Shown here one piece after another: positions 18,024-27,308 of a DNA stretch of 64,000 nucleotides. The notes under the pieces were generated by a model. That model saw only the letters and a program-made list of their open reading frames with translations. It did not search any database and was not told where the DNA came from. How positions within the stretch are numbered: the first letter of the stretch is position 1; the number at the start of each line of letters is the position of its first letter. A program made the position numbers and the translations under genes. Source of the stretch: Candidatus Omnitrophota bacterium (lineage in GTDB: Bacteria; Omnitrophota; Gorgyraeia; Zapsychrales; JBAZNR01); assembly GCA_041649175.1 (NCBI GenBank), contig JBAZNR010000001.1, positions 588,956 through 652,955 of the forward strand, given 5' to 3'.

Positions 18024-18932
18024 ATGAATCTCACAGTTCAAATAGGGAATTTAAAACTAGCGAATCCGGTCACGGTCGCCTCAGGGACATTCGGCCACGC
18101 GGAAAAATATTTTGACTTAGAAGAAGTTAAAAAGCTTGGCGCTATTATCCCTAAAACCGTTACGCTTTATCCGCGCGAAGGAAATCCGCCGCCGCGTATT
18201 ATCGAAACGGCGTCGGGAATGCTAAACGCCATCGGCATCGAAAATCCCGGAGCGGATATTTTTATCAAAGAAAAGCTTCCTGCCTTTAGAAAGATCGGTG
18301 TTCCGCTGATCATCAGTATTTTAGGCCACAGCGACGAAGAATTTGTAAAACTCGCGGAGAAATTTAGCGCGGCAGGTGGAGTCGCGGCATTTGAACTTAA
18401 TCTGTCTTGCCCGAATTTACAGCAGAAAACTCTGGTCGCGCAAGATGCTGCGGCTACCGCGCGCGTTGTCGCGGCGGTAAAAAGAATTTCTAAAGTTCCG
18501 GTCATCGCGAAATTATCTCCGAATGTTACCGATATTTCCGAAATTGCTCTTCACGCCGAAGGCGCGGGCGCGGACGCGGTCAGCTTAGTGAATACTTTTA
18601 CGGCCATGGCGGTTGATGTTAAAAAGAGAAAATCGGTTTTGGGAAATTTTAGCGGAGGGCTTAGCGGCCCGGCGATAAAACCCATCGCGCTTTATATGGT
18701 TTATCAAACGGCAAAAAGAATTAAAATTCCGGTGATCGGTATCGGCGGCATTATGACGCCTAAAGACGCGTTGGAATTTTTGATCGCCGGCGCAACGATG
18801 GTGGCGGTGGGGACGGCGAATTATTTAAATCCCAAAGCGCCTTTGGAAATTTTGGAAGGCATTCAAGAATATATGACCGCCAATAAAATAAAAGACATTA
18901 AAGAAATTATTGGGAGTTTAAAAGAGAAATGA
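18024..18932 (+). CDS. pyrD: dihydroorotate dehydrogenase (class 1B) catalytic subunit
   Basis: NLSCPN active-site motif and TIM-barrel DHOD similarity. Confidence 0.9.
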   Translation: MNLTVQIGNLKLANPVTVASGTFGHAEKYFDLEEVKKLGAIIPKTVTLYPREGNPPPRIIETASGMLNAIGIENPGADIFIKEKLPAFRKIGVPLIISILGHSDEEFVKLAEKFSAAGGVAAFELNLSCPNLQQKTLVAQDAAATARVVAAVKRISKVPVIAKLSPNVTDISEIALHAEGAGADAVSLVNTFTAMAVDVKKRKSVLGNFSGGLSGPAIKPIALYMVYQTAKRIKIPVIGIGGIMTPKDALEFLIAGATMVAVGTANYLNPKAPLEILEGIQEYMTANKIKDIKEIIGSLKEK

Positions 18933-19660
18933 GCAAAAAAAGGGCCGAGCTTATCGTAGCGTTGGACGTTGATACCTTGGAAGAGGCGCGTAAATTAATT
19001 GACGCGCTTTCGCCGGCGGTAGACATTTTCAAAGTGGGAAGCCAGCTTTTTACGTCTTGCGGCCCGGCGGCGGTGCGGTTTCTTCAGGCGCGCGGCAAAA
19101 AAGTTTTCCTAGATCTTAAATATCATGACATTCCCAATACGGTTGCCAGTGCCGTTTCTTGTGCTGTTGGTTTGACGGACGCGGTGAAAGCAACACATGC
19201 CGAAAGCAGTTCTTTATTTATGCTGACACTGCATACCGTAGGCGGAAAAGAAATGTTAGAGGCGGCCGTTCGATCAGTCAAAGAAAAAGCAAAAGCGATG
19301 AATATTGAAAAACCCTTCTTGGTCGGCGTAACTGTTTTAACCAGCCAGAAAAAAGATGACAATACTTCCCAGCTTGTCATAGAGCGTGCTTTATTAGCGA
19401 AGGAATGCGGATTAGACGGGGTTGTGGCGTCCAGCCAGGAAGTGGCGCTTATTCGTCAGAAATTGGGAGAAAATTTTCTGATTGTTACACCCGGTATTCG
19501 TCCCACGGGTGCGGATGCGGGAGATCAAAAGAGAGTGACAACGCCCAAAGACGCTATCAAAAACGGAAGCAACTTCTTAGTGGTGGGCCGTCCTATCGTG
19601 GAAGCGGCGGATCCTTTGGCAGCGGCACAAAATATCCTCAAAGAAATAAACATAGCTTAA
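18929..19660 (+). CDS. pyrF: orotidine 5'-phosphate decarboxylase
   Basis: ELIVALDVD and DLKYHDIPNT motifs. Confidence 0.9.
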   Translation: MSKKRAELIVALDVDTLEEARKLIDALSPAVDIFKVGSQLFTSCGPAAVRFLQARGKKVFLDLKYHDIPNTVASAVSCAVGLTDAVKATHAESSSLFMLTLHTVGGKEMLEAAVRSVKEKAKAMNIEKPFLVGVTVLTSQKKDDNTSQLVIERALLAKECGLDGVVASSQEVALIRQKLGENFLIVTPGIRPTGADAGDQKRVTTPKDAIKNGSNFLVVGRPIVEAADPLAAAQNILKEINIA

Positions 19661-19686
19661 AAAAGCTTTTTGTCTCGATGAAGCGG

Positions 19687-19715
19687 TTGACATTGTTTTT
19701 ATTTCATAGTAGGAT
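19687..19715 (+). promoter_or_regulatory. promoter TTGACA-17-TAGGAT upstream of tRNA-Val
   Basis: Consensus -35 with a 17-nt spacer about 90 nt upstream of the tRNA. Confidence 0.4.
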
Positions 19716-19755
19716 GCCGACTTCAATAATGCTGAATTTAGAAAACGTCGGGATT

Positions 19756-19785
19756 AGAGCGTCTGCTTTGCGCAAGTTCAGATCT
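19756..19785 (+). pseudogene. partial tRNA-Val-like fragment (D-arm to anticodon-arm segment)
   Basis: GATTAGAGCGTCTGCTTTGCGCAAG matches GGTTAGAGCGTCTGCTTTACACGCAGAAG of the adjacent intact tRNA-Val. Confidence 0.4.
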
Positions 19786-19803
19786 TTGGATTAATAGATA
19801 GAG

Positions 19804-19876
19804 GGGAATTAGCTCAGCTGGTTAGAGCGTCTGCTTTACACGCAGAAGGTCGAGGGTTCGATCCCTTCATTCCCCA
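19804..19876 (+). tRNA. tRNA-Val (anticodon TAC)
   Basis: Cloverleaf: acceptor GGGGAAT/ATTCCCC, anticodon stem TCTGC/GCAGA with loop TTTACAC, T-arm GAGGG-TTCGATC-CCTTC, discriminator A. Confidence 0.85.
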
Positions 19877-19937
19877 TTTATTTTATAGAAGGCCAGGGAG
19901 TTTCTTTATCGTGTTTTGCTATGAAAGGTTTTAACGT

Positions 19938-21215
19938 ATGGAAGCCGTACTTATTATTATTTTTGTTTTAGGATATTTGGCGATCGCTCTCGAACATGTT
20001 ATTCACATTAACAAGACGGCAACAGCCATTCTTTTAGCGGTAGTTCTTTGGACGATCATGTCGGTGCACGGCTATACGGTGGGCTCGGTTTATTTTGACT
20101 CCCATCAAATTATTGAACAGTTAGGCGAGCATCTGATCGGTATTTCGCAGATCATTTTCTTCTTGCTTGGCGCGATGACCATTGTTCAGTTGATCGATTC
20201 GCACAATGGTTTTCGGATCGTAACAGATTTCATCAAAACAAAAGACAAGCGCACACTTTTGTGGGTCATTTCGTTCATTACTTTCTTTCTTTCCTCCATC
20301 TTAGATAATCTAACGACCACCATTGTCATGGTTTCTTTGATTTATAAGTTGCTTAGTAAAAGAGAAGATCTTTTAATTTTTGCCAGTATGATCGTGATCG
20401 CCGCTAATGCCGGCGGCGCCTGGACGCCCATCGGTGATGTGACAACCACCATGCTTTGGATTGGCGGATGTATTTCGACGGGTAAGATCATGACGGGGCT
20501 TTTTATTCCAAGCATGGTTTGTATGCTTGTACCACTTTCATACTTTTCCTTTTTTATGGAAAAAGAAAATGTTTCCACGTTGTCCGCTGGGAAAAACGAA
20601 GAGGGGATTCTCGGCGCGAAGAGGGTGTTTTATGTCGGAGTGGGTGCTTTGATCTTTGTTCCGATCTTTAGGGCACTCACCGGCCTTCCTCCGTTTATGG
20701 GAATTATTTTAGGTGTTGGAGCCATGTGGGTGATGACTGATCTTATGCATCATAAGCGGGAGCATTTAAGGATTCCGCATATCTTATCCAAAGTTGATAT
20801 TACAAGCGTGCTTTTCTTTTTAGGTATTTTGTTAGCCGTCGGTGCCTTGGAAACGGCCGGCATTTTAAAGAATTTTGAAATATGGCTCGATCAGAATTTT
20901 AAAAACAAAGATTTGATCGTAACCGCTCTGGGGCTTTTGTCAGCCATTGTCGATAATGTTCCCTTGACAGCAGCGGCCATGGGCATGTATGATTTATCTC
21001 AATTTCCGATGGATCACAAACTCTGGGAGCTGTTGGCCTACAGTGTTGGAACGGGCGGCAGTGTTTTGATCATCGGATCAGCGGCCGGTGTGGTCGCCAT
21101 GGGTATAGCCAAGATCAATTTTATTTGGTATATGAAAAGAGTAAGTTTTCCCGCGCTTTTAGGTTATTTTGCGGGAATTATTTCGTATCTAGTTATCTAC
21201 AATATCGTTCATTGA
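19938..21215 (+). CDS. ArsB/NhaD-superfamily permease (NhaD-like Na+/H+ antiporter)
   Basis: About 12 TM, 425 aa. Glycine-rich NAGGAWTPIGDVTTTM segments typical of the NhaD/ArsB/CitMHS ion-transporter superfamily. Confidence 0.6.
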   Translation: MEAVLIIIFVLGYLAIALEHVIHINKTATAILLAVVLWTIMSVHGYTVGSVYFDSHQIIEQLGEHLIGISQIIFFLLGAMTIVQLIDSHNGFRIVTDFIKTKDKRTLLWVISFITFFLSSILDNLTTTIVMVSLIYKLLSKREDLLIFASMIVIAANAGGAWTPIGDVTTTMLWIGGCISTGKIMTGLFIPSMVCMLVPLSYFSFFMEKENVSTLSAGKNEEGILGAKRVFYVGVGALIFVPIFRALTGLPPFMGIILGVGAMWVMTDLMHHKREHLRIPHILSKVDITSVLFFLGILLAVGALETAGILKNFEIWLDQNFKNKDLIVTALGLLSAIVDNVPLTAAAMGMYDLSQFPMDHKLWELLAYSVGTGGSVLIIGSAAGVVAMGIAKINFIWYMKRVSFPALLGYFAGIISYLVIYNIVH

Positions 21216-21318
21216 TTTTTCTTTAGCTTTTTTGAAGTTTTAGTGTTAAAATCCTAAAATATTTTTTCCTAGCTTTCATAGGCTAGGTGCTCTAACAAAT
21301 TTCACGATAGTGAAATTT

Positions 21319-21393
21319 GGGGACGTGGTGTAGCCCGGTTAACACGTCGCCCTGTCACGGCGAAGATCGCGAGTTCAAATCTCGTCGTCCCCG
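21319..21393 (+). tRNA. tRNA-Asp (anticodon GTC)
   Basis: Cloverleaf: acceptor GGGGACG/CGTCCCC, anticodon stem TCGCC/GGCGA with loop CTGTCAC, T-arm GCGAG-TTCAAAT-CTCGT, discriminator G. Confidence 0.85.
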
Positions 21394-21404
21394 TTTTTTA
21401 CTTT

Positions 21405-21450
21405 AAGCGAAAAACCATCAATCCGAAAGGGAGATGGTTTTTCGCTTTAT
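21405..21450 (+). terminator. hairpin AAGCGAAAAACCATC...GATGGTTTTTCGCTT downstream of tRNA-Asp
   Basis: 15-bp perfect stem with a T-tract inside the 3' arm. Confidence 0.5.
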
Positions 21451-21514
21451 AGAGGAAAAACGGGCATTGGTGAAGCTCCGCCTGAGCCAATGCCTGAGAG
21501 GTTTTAAGATCTAT

Positions 21515-23125
21515 TTATAAGTTTTTTCGCTTAAAGATTTTTACCGCGTGATTGGTTACCCACCCAGCCGGCTTTTCCCAGGGGCCGAAAACCGCCATCT
21601 CATTAAAATTTCTTTCAATATATGCGAGCAAAGCCAACCCATAATCTACACCCATAATTCCCATCATTTGAGCCTCGGTAGGCCGCAGGGCACGATTAGA
21701 TAAGATGATAAAATTAATTTTAGTTCTTTCAAGGTCATTGATCACATTTTGTTCTCGTTGACCGTTAAATCCATGAAAGTCAGATTCACGCACAGCACGG
21801 TCATGTCCGCTAAGGAAATAATAAATGGAATCGCTGGGGATTGCGATTATTTTTTCGCCTCGAGGGACATTTTTAACAATAAACCGATTGGCATCAGTTA
21901 CAGTTTGGATCCATTCTTTTTGATTGGAGGAAAGATAAACTTTGTTGGCCCCTACCTGAAGCATATTTTGAGGTTTTTTGCTAGCGACAACAAAATTACG
22001 ATAATTAGTTATTCCTAAGAAACAAACGATGAAAAGAGTGACCCAGAGTAAGGAGCGAATAAACTTGGATAAATCCCTCACTCCCTGATAAAAAATAAAA
22101 ATGACAATGAGTGGAGTGAGCGATATGGTCCAATGCGATCGAAAGGGTATGGCGCTTAAAAGAAATTCATGCAATGAAGAAATCAGGAAAAATACAAGAA
22201 CCATGCATGAAAGAAGGAAGTTCTGTTTTTCTTCCCGAGAAAAAGGACCGTTTTTTAATGCCTGTAAGCTCTTCAAGAGGCAGAAAACAAAAGCACTATT
22301 TAAGAATAATCTTGGCCATGATATAGAGAAACCATTAAGTATCTGCTCGTATAGCATGACAATGGCTTGAAATGATGTTGAAGAAGAACTTTTGTAGGAT
22401 TTGAGGGAGTTGAAATATGAGAGATCGTCAAAGATGAAGTGTTTTGGGAGATGAAAGAAAATAGCTGAATAAACAAGAAAAACTGCTAAAAAAATTACAA
22501 AAGAAACAAAGCCATATCGCATTATTGATCTAAGCAAGAATGGTTTTTGCTTAACAATATCAAATATCATTGCGGATAAAAGAAAAACAGCCAAAGAAGA
22601 AATTCCAATATTGGGGCGTATTAAACAAAGCAGGAAGGAAAAGAAAGCTCCTTGGTAAATGGCGCTGTCATTGCTATTTCTTAGGTATTTTAAAATAAAA
22701 TAGACCATAGTCAAAACAAGGGCAATAGCTCCGATATGATTATATGTGTAGAAAAATTCTCCGGTTCGAGAGGTCCAATACCATAAAGCACATAAAAACG
22801 CAAAAGGGGCTGAGACTAGTATTAAGCCACAAAAATAAATCAGTATGCCAGCTAAAATAACGAGTATGTTGTATCCTAGAATCGTTGATTGAATACTGAC
22901 CCCAAAGATTTTGTAGAAAAAACTGTAGTAATAAAGCATGAGCGGCCCATTGCTGGTGGAGAAGTCTCGATGCGGAACAGCTCCTTCAAAAGTTTTTTTG
23001 AAAGAATAAAGGTCTCGCCCGTGGTCGCCTTGGGCTAGGTAGAGTTGAAAATCATTTGCTGGCCAGAAGATGTAAATGCCAGCCAGGAGGGTTAAGACGA
23101 AAAAAATAATTTTCTTATGGTTCAT
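21515..23125 (-). CDS. polytopic membrane protein, possible GT-C-fold (ArnT/PMT-like) glycosyltransferase
   Basis: More than 10 predicted TM helices followed by a soluble C-terminal domain. AT-rich codon usage. No diagnostic motif recognised. Confidence 0.35.
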   Translation of the reverse strand: MNHKKIIFFVLTLLAGIYIFWPANDFQLYLAQGDHGRDLYSFKKTFEGAVPHRDFSTSNGPLMLYYYSFFYKIFGVSIQSTILGYNILVILAGILIYFCGLILVSAPFAFLCALWYWTSRTGEFFYTYNHIGAIALVLTMVYFILKYLRNSNDSAIYQGAFFSFLLCLIRPNIGISSLAVFLLSAMIFDIVKQKPFLLRSIMRYGFVSFVIFLAVFLVYSAIFFHLPKHFIFDDLSYFNSLKSYKSSSSTSFQAIVMLYEQILNGFSISWPRLFLNSAFVFCLLKSLQALKNGPFSREEKQNFLLSCMVLVFFLISSLHEFLLSAIPFRSHWTISLTPLIVIFIFYQGVRDLSKFIRSLLWVTLFIVCFLGITNYRNFVVASKKPQNMLQVGANKVYLSSNQKEWIQTVTDANRFIVKNVPRGEKIIAIPSDSIYYFLSGHDRAVRESDFHGFNGQREQNVINDLERTKINFIILSNRALRPTEAQMMGIMGVDYGLALLAYIERNFNEMAVFGPWEKPAGWVTNHAVKIFKRKNL

Positions 23126-23268
23126 TTGAACAATAATAGTATAAAAGGCTGCTTTTAATTTTGCTGTTATCCTAGAAGCACCTCATATATAATACCTTAA
23201 ATATTTTACGTTTCTGTAATTAATCTAAGTTTCTCTCGGTCTTGGCCGGGAAATCACAAGGAGAAGAA

Positions 23269-23589
23269 ATGATCTCAATTGATGAATTCAAAAAGACCCA
23301 AATCATTGTCGCTCAGATCAAAGATGCGCAAGAGCATCCTAACGCGGATAAACTTTATGTTCTAAAAGTTGATACCGGAACAGAAGAAAAGCAATTGGTG
23401 GCCGGTATTCGCAAAGCGTATACAAAAGAAGAGCTCATCGGGCGTAAAGTTATTATGGTCAGCAACTTGGAGCCGGCTGTGATCCGCGGCGTAGAGTCCC
23501 AAGGGATGATCTTGGCGGCTTCCGACGAAAACGGCCTTTGCCTTTTAGGGATCGACCGCGATATAAAACTGGGCAGTATCGTTAAATGA
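23269..23589 (+). CDS. tRNA-binding domain protein (CsaA/Trbp111-like OB fold)
   Basis: HPNADKLYVLKVDTGTEEKQLVAGI matches the EMAP/MetRS C-terminal tRNA-binding domain. AGGAG RBS before the ATG at 23269. Confidence 0.7.
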   Translation: MISIDEFKKTQIIVAQIKDAQEHPNADKLYVLKVDTGTEEKQLVAGIRKAYTKEELIGRKVIMVSNLEPAVIRGVESQGMILAASDENGLCLLGIDRDIKLGSIVK

Positions 23590-23634
23590 AGCAGTGCGTA
23601 CTTATCTTAGAAATATTTTAGAGAAATATCAGCC

Positions 23635-24168
23635 ATGTTGGAAAACCTAAAGCAATTTGTCCCTTCGGAAGTTTGCCTTTCCTGCGACGGGTGTTGTCGT
23701 TTTAAAGAAGCAAAAAGTGTTTGGCGCCCTCAAGTTTCTGCCGAAGAAATACACCTGTCAAAGAAGAAAGGCTTGGCGGATATCATTTTCTCAAAAACGA
23801 CCATGGATCCTGAACATCGCATCAAAACAGTTTCTTGTAAAGACGGAGAAAATATTTGTTATTTCTTTACGCCGGAAACAAATACCTGCAAGATCTATGA
23901 ATTTCGTCCTTTTGAATGCCGGCTGTATCCGTTCGTTTTGCGCAAAAGTGATTCTGTAGTTTCTATGACCGTTCACAAGCTTTGCCCATTTATCGAGCAA
24001 CAGGCGAAAACGGAAGAATTTTCTAAGTATGCGGCCTATCTTAAAGACTTTTTTCAACATCAAGATGTGATCGATTTTGTTCAAAAGCATTCTTTATCTT
24101 TAAGCGATTATCATGATTATCAAGATGAGTTAGAGTATCTTTTTACTGTTTGTTCGCCTTCGCTATAA
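23635..24168 (+). CDS. YkgJ-family (UPF0153) CxxCxxCC zinc/iron-chelating domain protein
   Basis: CLSCDGCCRF motif plus a distal CxxxxC...C pattern. Confidence 0.65.
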   Translation: MLENLKQFVPSEVCLSCDGCCRFKEAKSVWRPQVSAEEIHLSKKKGLADIIFSKTTMDPEHRIKTVSCKDGENICYFFTPETNTCKIYEFRPFECRLYPFVLRKSDSVVSMTVHKLCPFIEQQAKTEEFSKYAAYLKDFFQHQDVIDFVQKHSLSLSDYHDYQDELEYLFTVCSPSL

Positions 24169-24358
24169 ATCTACGGTCGCACGTCTTGCTGAGTAAATAA
24201 GGCCGTAGATTTATAAGGCGAATCCCGATGAGCGTGGCGAAATTATCCTGCTTTCAGCAGGAGAATTTCAACACAGCATGCGAATCGGGATAGCTTCGGC
24301 GAATTTCTTCGAAAAAATGCAAAAGTGCTATGGCTGTTAGTCCACAGAGTTTTATTAA

Positions 24359-25279
24359 TTGCAATTCCTCCAAATGAAATCTGATCTCTTGAAGAAAAAA
24401 CCCTTAGTTGATAAATTCTTACGGGAATGCCCCACACGGCTATCCGCGTTTTCTTTTGTGAACATCTTCGCTTGGAAAGATTTCTTTGATTTTACTTTTG
24501 AAATAAAAGACAATTGTCTTTGCATTTTTGCTTCAAATGCTATCGGCACATTTCTTTACCTTCCTCCATTAGGAAAAAATATTTCCTCCGATGTGATCCA
24601 GGGGTGTTTTGAGACGATGGAACGTCTAAATAAGGGAAGTGGGGTATCTCGCATTGAGAATGTTCCGCAAGAGGCGGTAAAATATTTCTCTTCTCGGGAA
24701 TTTCGCCTTGAATCAAAAAGCGAAGAATATCTTTATGAACGCAAAAATATTGCAGAATTTTCCGGGAACCGATTTAAATCCAAAAGGTCATCGTATAATT
24801 ATTTCGTTAAGAATTTTAAGTGTGAATATTTGCCTTTTAAAATGTCGATGAAAAAAGAGTGCCGAGATCTTTATGATAGCTGGGCCAGTCATAAGGCCCT
24901 GGGGAGCGACGATATTATTTTCCGGCAAATGCTTGAGGATAACCGCATAGTCCATCAGACGGTCATGACGCACTATGATTCGTTGGAATTATCCGGACGA
25001 GTTGTTTGTATCGATGGGAAAATAAAAGGTTATACGTTTGGGTTTGCGCTTAACCGGGATATTTTTTGCGTGCTTTTTGAGATCGTTGACCTATCGATCA
25101 AAGGGCTTAGTTCTTTTATTTTCAAAGAATTCTGTTCCGACGGGGCCGTTAAACCATTTCGATATATCAACGTCATGGACGATTTTGGTTTAACGAATAT
25201 CAGAAAAACAAAACTGTCTTTTCATCCATCGGCATTAGTGCCGTCTTATGTTGTTTCAAGAAAGAAAGATCATGAATGA
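24359..25279 (+). CDS. DUF2156 (lysyl-phosphatidylglycerol synthase C-terminal-like, aminoacyl-tRNA-dependent acyltransferase fold) protein
   Basis: SFVNIFAWKDFF (SF.N.F.W), GNRFKSKRSSYNYF and a distal GxxxG...FE block typical of DUF2156. Assignment from memory of the family profile. Confidence 0.45.
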   Translation: MQFLQMKSDLLKKKPLVDKFLRECPTRLSAFSFVNIFAWKDFFDFTFEIKDNCLCIFASNAIGTFLYLPPLGKNISSDVIQGCFETMERLNKGSGVSRIENVPQEAVKYFSSREFRLESKSEEYLYERKNIAEFSGNRFKSKRSSYNYFVKNFKCEYLPFKMSMKKECRDLYDSWASHKALGSDDIIFRQMLEDNRIVHQTVMTHYDSLELSGRVVCIDGKIKGYTFGFALNRDIFCVLFEIVDLSIKGLSSFIFKEFCSDGAVKPFRYINVMDDFGLTNIRKTKLSFHPSALVPSYVVSRKKDHE

Positions 25280-25826
25280 ACTTTTAGAAAAAGAGCTCGT
25301 TATCTTTGATGTGGAAACCACCGGACTTTCGCCGCAAAGCGGAGACCGGGTGATCGAAATTGCGGCAGTCAAGATCAAAAAACTTAAAGTCATCGACAAA
25401 TTCCATTCGCTTGTTGATCCTCAAAGAGAAATATCATTCGGGGCTTTTCAGGTCAACGGGATCAGCCAAGAGATGCTGGAAGGACAACCCTTGGCAGAGG
25501 ATGTCTTTCCGCGTTTTTTGGAATTTGCCGGCTCTCGCCCCTTAGTTGGCTATAATGTCGGATTTGACATGGGATTTTTGCGTAATGAACTTATGCTGAT
25601 CGAAAAAGACCTTCCGCCTGATATCGTGACCGTTGATGTCTTAAGGATGGCCAGAAAATTCTTGCCGAATTTAAAACGTTATCCGATGTGGCATGTCGCT
25701 CAATGTTTGAACATCGAAGAGCCTCAACAGCATCGCGCCTTAGCCGATGTGATGATGACGCTAGAAATTTTCCGTAAATTAACGGAACATTCAGAAGGAA
25801 AAAATCCTGAGAGATCTCAGATATAG
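25272..25826 (+). CDS. DEDDh 3'-5' exonuclease (DNA polymerase III epsilon-like)
   Basis: FDVETTGL Exo I motif, YNVGFD Exo II, and a C-terminal H....D Exo III. Confidence 0.8.
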   Translation: MNELLEKELVIFDVETTGLSPQSGDRVIEIAAVKIKKLKVIDKFHSLVDPQREISFGAFQVNGISQEMLEGQPLAEDVFPRFLEFAGSRPLVGYNVGFDMGFLRNELMLIEKDLPPDIVTVDVLRMARKFLPNLKRYPMWHVAQCLNIEEPQQHRALADVMMTLEIFRKLTEHSEGKNPERSQI

Positions 25827-25904
25827 GTGTTGCCGATCTAGCCGCGTATTTTACAGAATTTTTCTGATCTGAATTTCTTATTCAATATTTAAGAGGCCAA
25901 TATT

Positions 25905-27308
25905 TTGACAGGATCTTGCGTTTGGAAAAGTTATGATTTTAAAGGGGAGGCTGCCCACGTTCTTCGTTTGTTCAAAGACGAACCTTTTGTTTTTTGTTTA
26001 GACAGCAGTCTTCGCCATCCCTCGCGGGGGCGATTTTCTTTTGTCGGTTTTGATCCGTTTATGGTTGTAAAGGCTTCAAAAAATGACCCTCTTTCTGATA
26101 TAAGAAAGATCTTTAACTCCTTTCGAATGTCTTCTCGCAATTATCCCACGCCTTTTCCGGCGGGAATGATGGGTTATTTGGGTTATGATTTTGGCTTGGG
26201 CCTAGAAAAAATAAAACGCAAATCCCACGGTAAAGATTTGATCCCAAACGGCCTTTTAGGCGCTTATGACACAGTGATCACCATTGATCATTTGGCTAAG
26301 AAGATCATTATTTCTTCGACAGGCCTTCCGGAAAAAAGTGCTTTTTTAGCGAAAAAAAGATCCGAAGAACGGATAAAAAAAATCTTAAAGCGCCTTAAGC
26401 AACAGGAAGGTCGCAAGGAAGGTTTTTCTGAAAAGATATTCCGCGCCCAGAATTTAGCGCTTAAAAGTAATTTCACCAAAAGCCGTTATTGTGCGGCTGT
26501 GCGTAAAGCCCTGGATTATATTAAAAAAGGCGATATTTATCAGGTCAATTTATCTCAAAGATTTTGCGTGGATATCGGTTTGAAATGCCAAGACATTTGT
26601 CCGGTCAGTCTTTATGAGTCTTTACGCGCGCTTTCTCCGTCGTATTTCGGCGGTTATTTTAACGGCGGCGATTTTCAGATTATCAGCAGTTCTCCGGAAG
26701 AATTTTTACGGGTCAATAACCGCGCGGTGGAAACTTTTCCGATGAAAGGAACGCGTCCGCGGGGAGCAAGTAAAAGTGAAGATCAAAGAAATCAAAAAGA
26801 GCTTTTACAAAGCCGAAAAGAAAAAGCGGAATTGCTCATGGTCACCGATCTGGAACGGAATGACTTAGGTAGAGTGTGTCGTTATGGAACGGTGCATGTT
26901 AAAAAGATGCGCGTTTTAGAACGTTATAAAACGGTTTTTCAGACCACGTCGGCTGTTCGCGGGATTTTGCGCTCCGGTCAAGATTGTTTTGATGTTATCA
27001 AGGCTTGTTTTCCCAGCGGTTCGGTTACCGGTTGCCCTAAGATCAGGGCTATGGAAATTATCGAGGAACTAGAGCCTGATCGTCGAGGTTTGTATACGGG
27101 TGCTTTAGGATACATCAGTTTTTCAGGGCCCATGAATTTTAATGTTTTGATCCGTACACTATTGTTGAAGAAACAAAAAGCCTATTTTCACGTTGGAGGA
27201 GGCATTGTAGCGGACTCAAATCCTCAGGACGAATACCTAGAAACACTTGTTAAGGCAAAAGCCCTGATGGAGTCTCTTAAGAAAGCTCTTTGCAGGGTTC
27301 CATCATGA
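25905..27308 (+). CDS. pabB: aminodeoxychorismate/anthranilate synthase component I family (chorismate-binding enzyme)
   Basis: PMKGTRPRG, ELLMVTDLERNDLGRV and GGGIVADSNPQDEYLE signature blocks. Confidence 0.8.
   Translation: MTGSCVWKSYDFKGEAAHVLRLFKDEPFVFCLDSSLRHPSRGRFSFVGFDPFMVVKASKNDPLSDIRKIFNSFRMSSRNYPTPFPAGMMGYLGYDFGLGLEKIKRKSHGKDLIPNGLLGAYDTVITIDHLAKKIIISSTGLPEKSAFLAKKRSEERIKKILKRLKQQEGRKEGFSEKIFRAQNLALKSNFTKSRYCAAVRKALDYIKKGDIYQVNLSQRFCVDIGLKCQDICPVSLYESLRALSPSYFGGYFNGGDFQIISSSPEEFLRVNNRAVETFPMKGTRPRGASKSEDQRNQKELLQSRKEKAELLMVTDLERNDLGRVCRYGTVHVKKMRVLERYKTVFQTTSAVRGILRSGQDCFDVIKACFPSGSVTGCPKIRAMEIIEELEPDRRGLYTGALGYISFSGPMNFNVLIRTLLLKKQKAYFHVGGGIVADSNPQDEYLETLVKAKALMESLKKALCRVPS

Noticed and set aside
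19405-19794. A 129-aa ORF spanning the pyrF 3' end and the tRNA-Val promoter region.
   Set aside because: It overlaps pyrF in another frame and runs through the promoter and tRNA-like fragment. The translation is Arg/Gly/Ser-rich and low-complexity.
21515-23125. Calling the - strand membrane proteins (21515-23125, 61986-63668) as specific O-antigen ligases/ArnT.
   Set aside because: Only topology (many TM helices plus a soluble tail) is visible. No diagnostic motif could be identified by eye, so they are kept as generic GT-C-like membrane proteins at low confidence.
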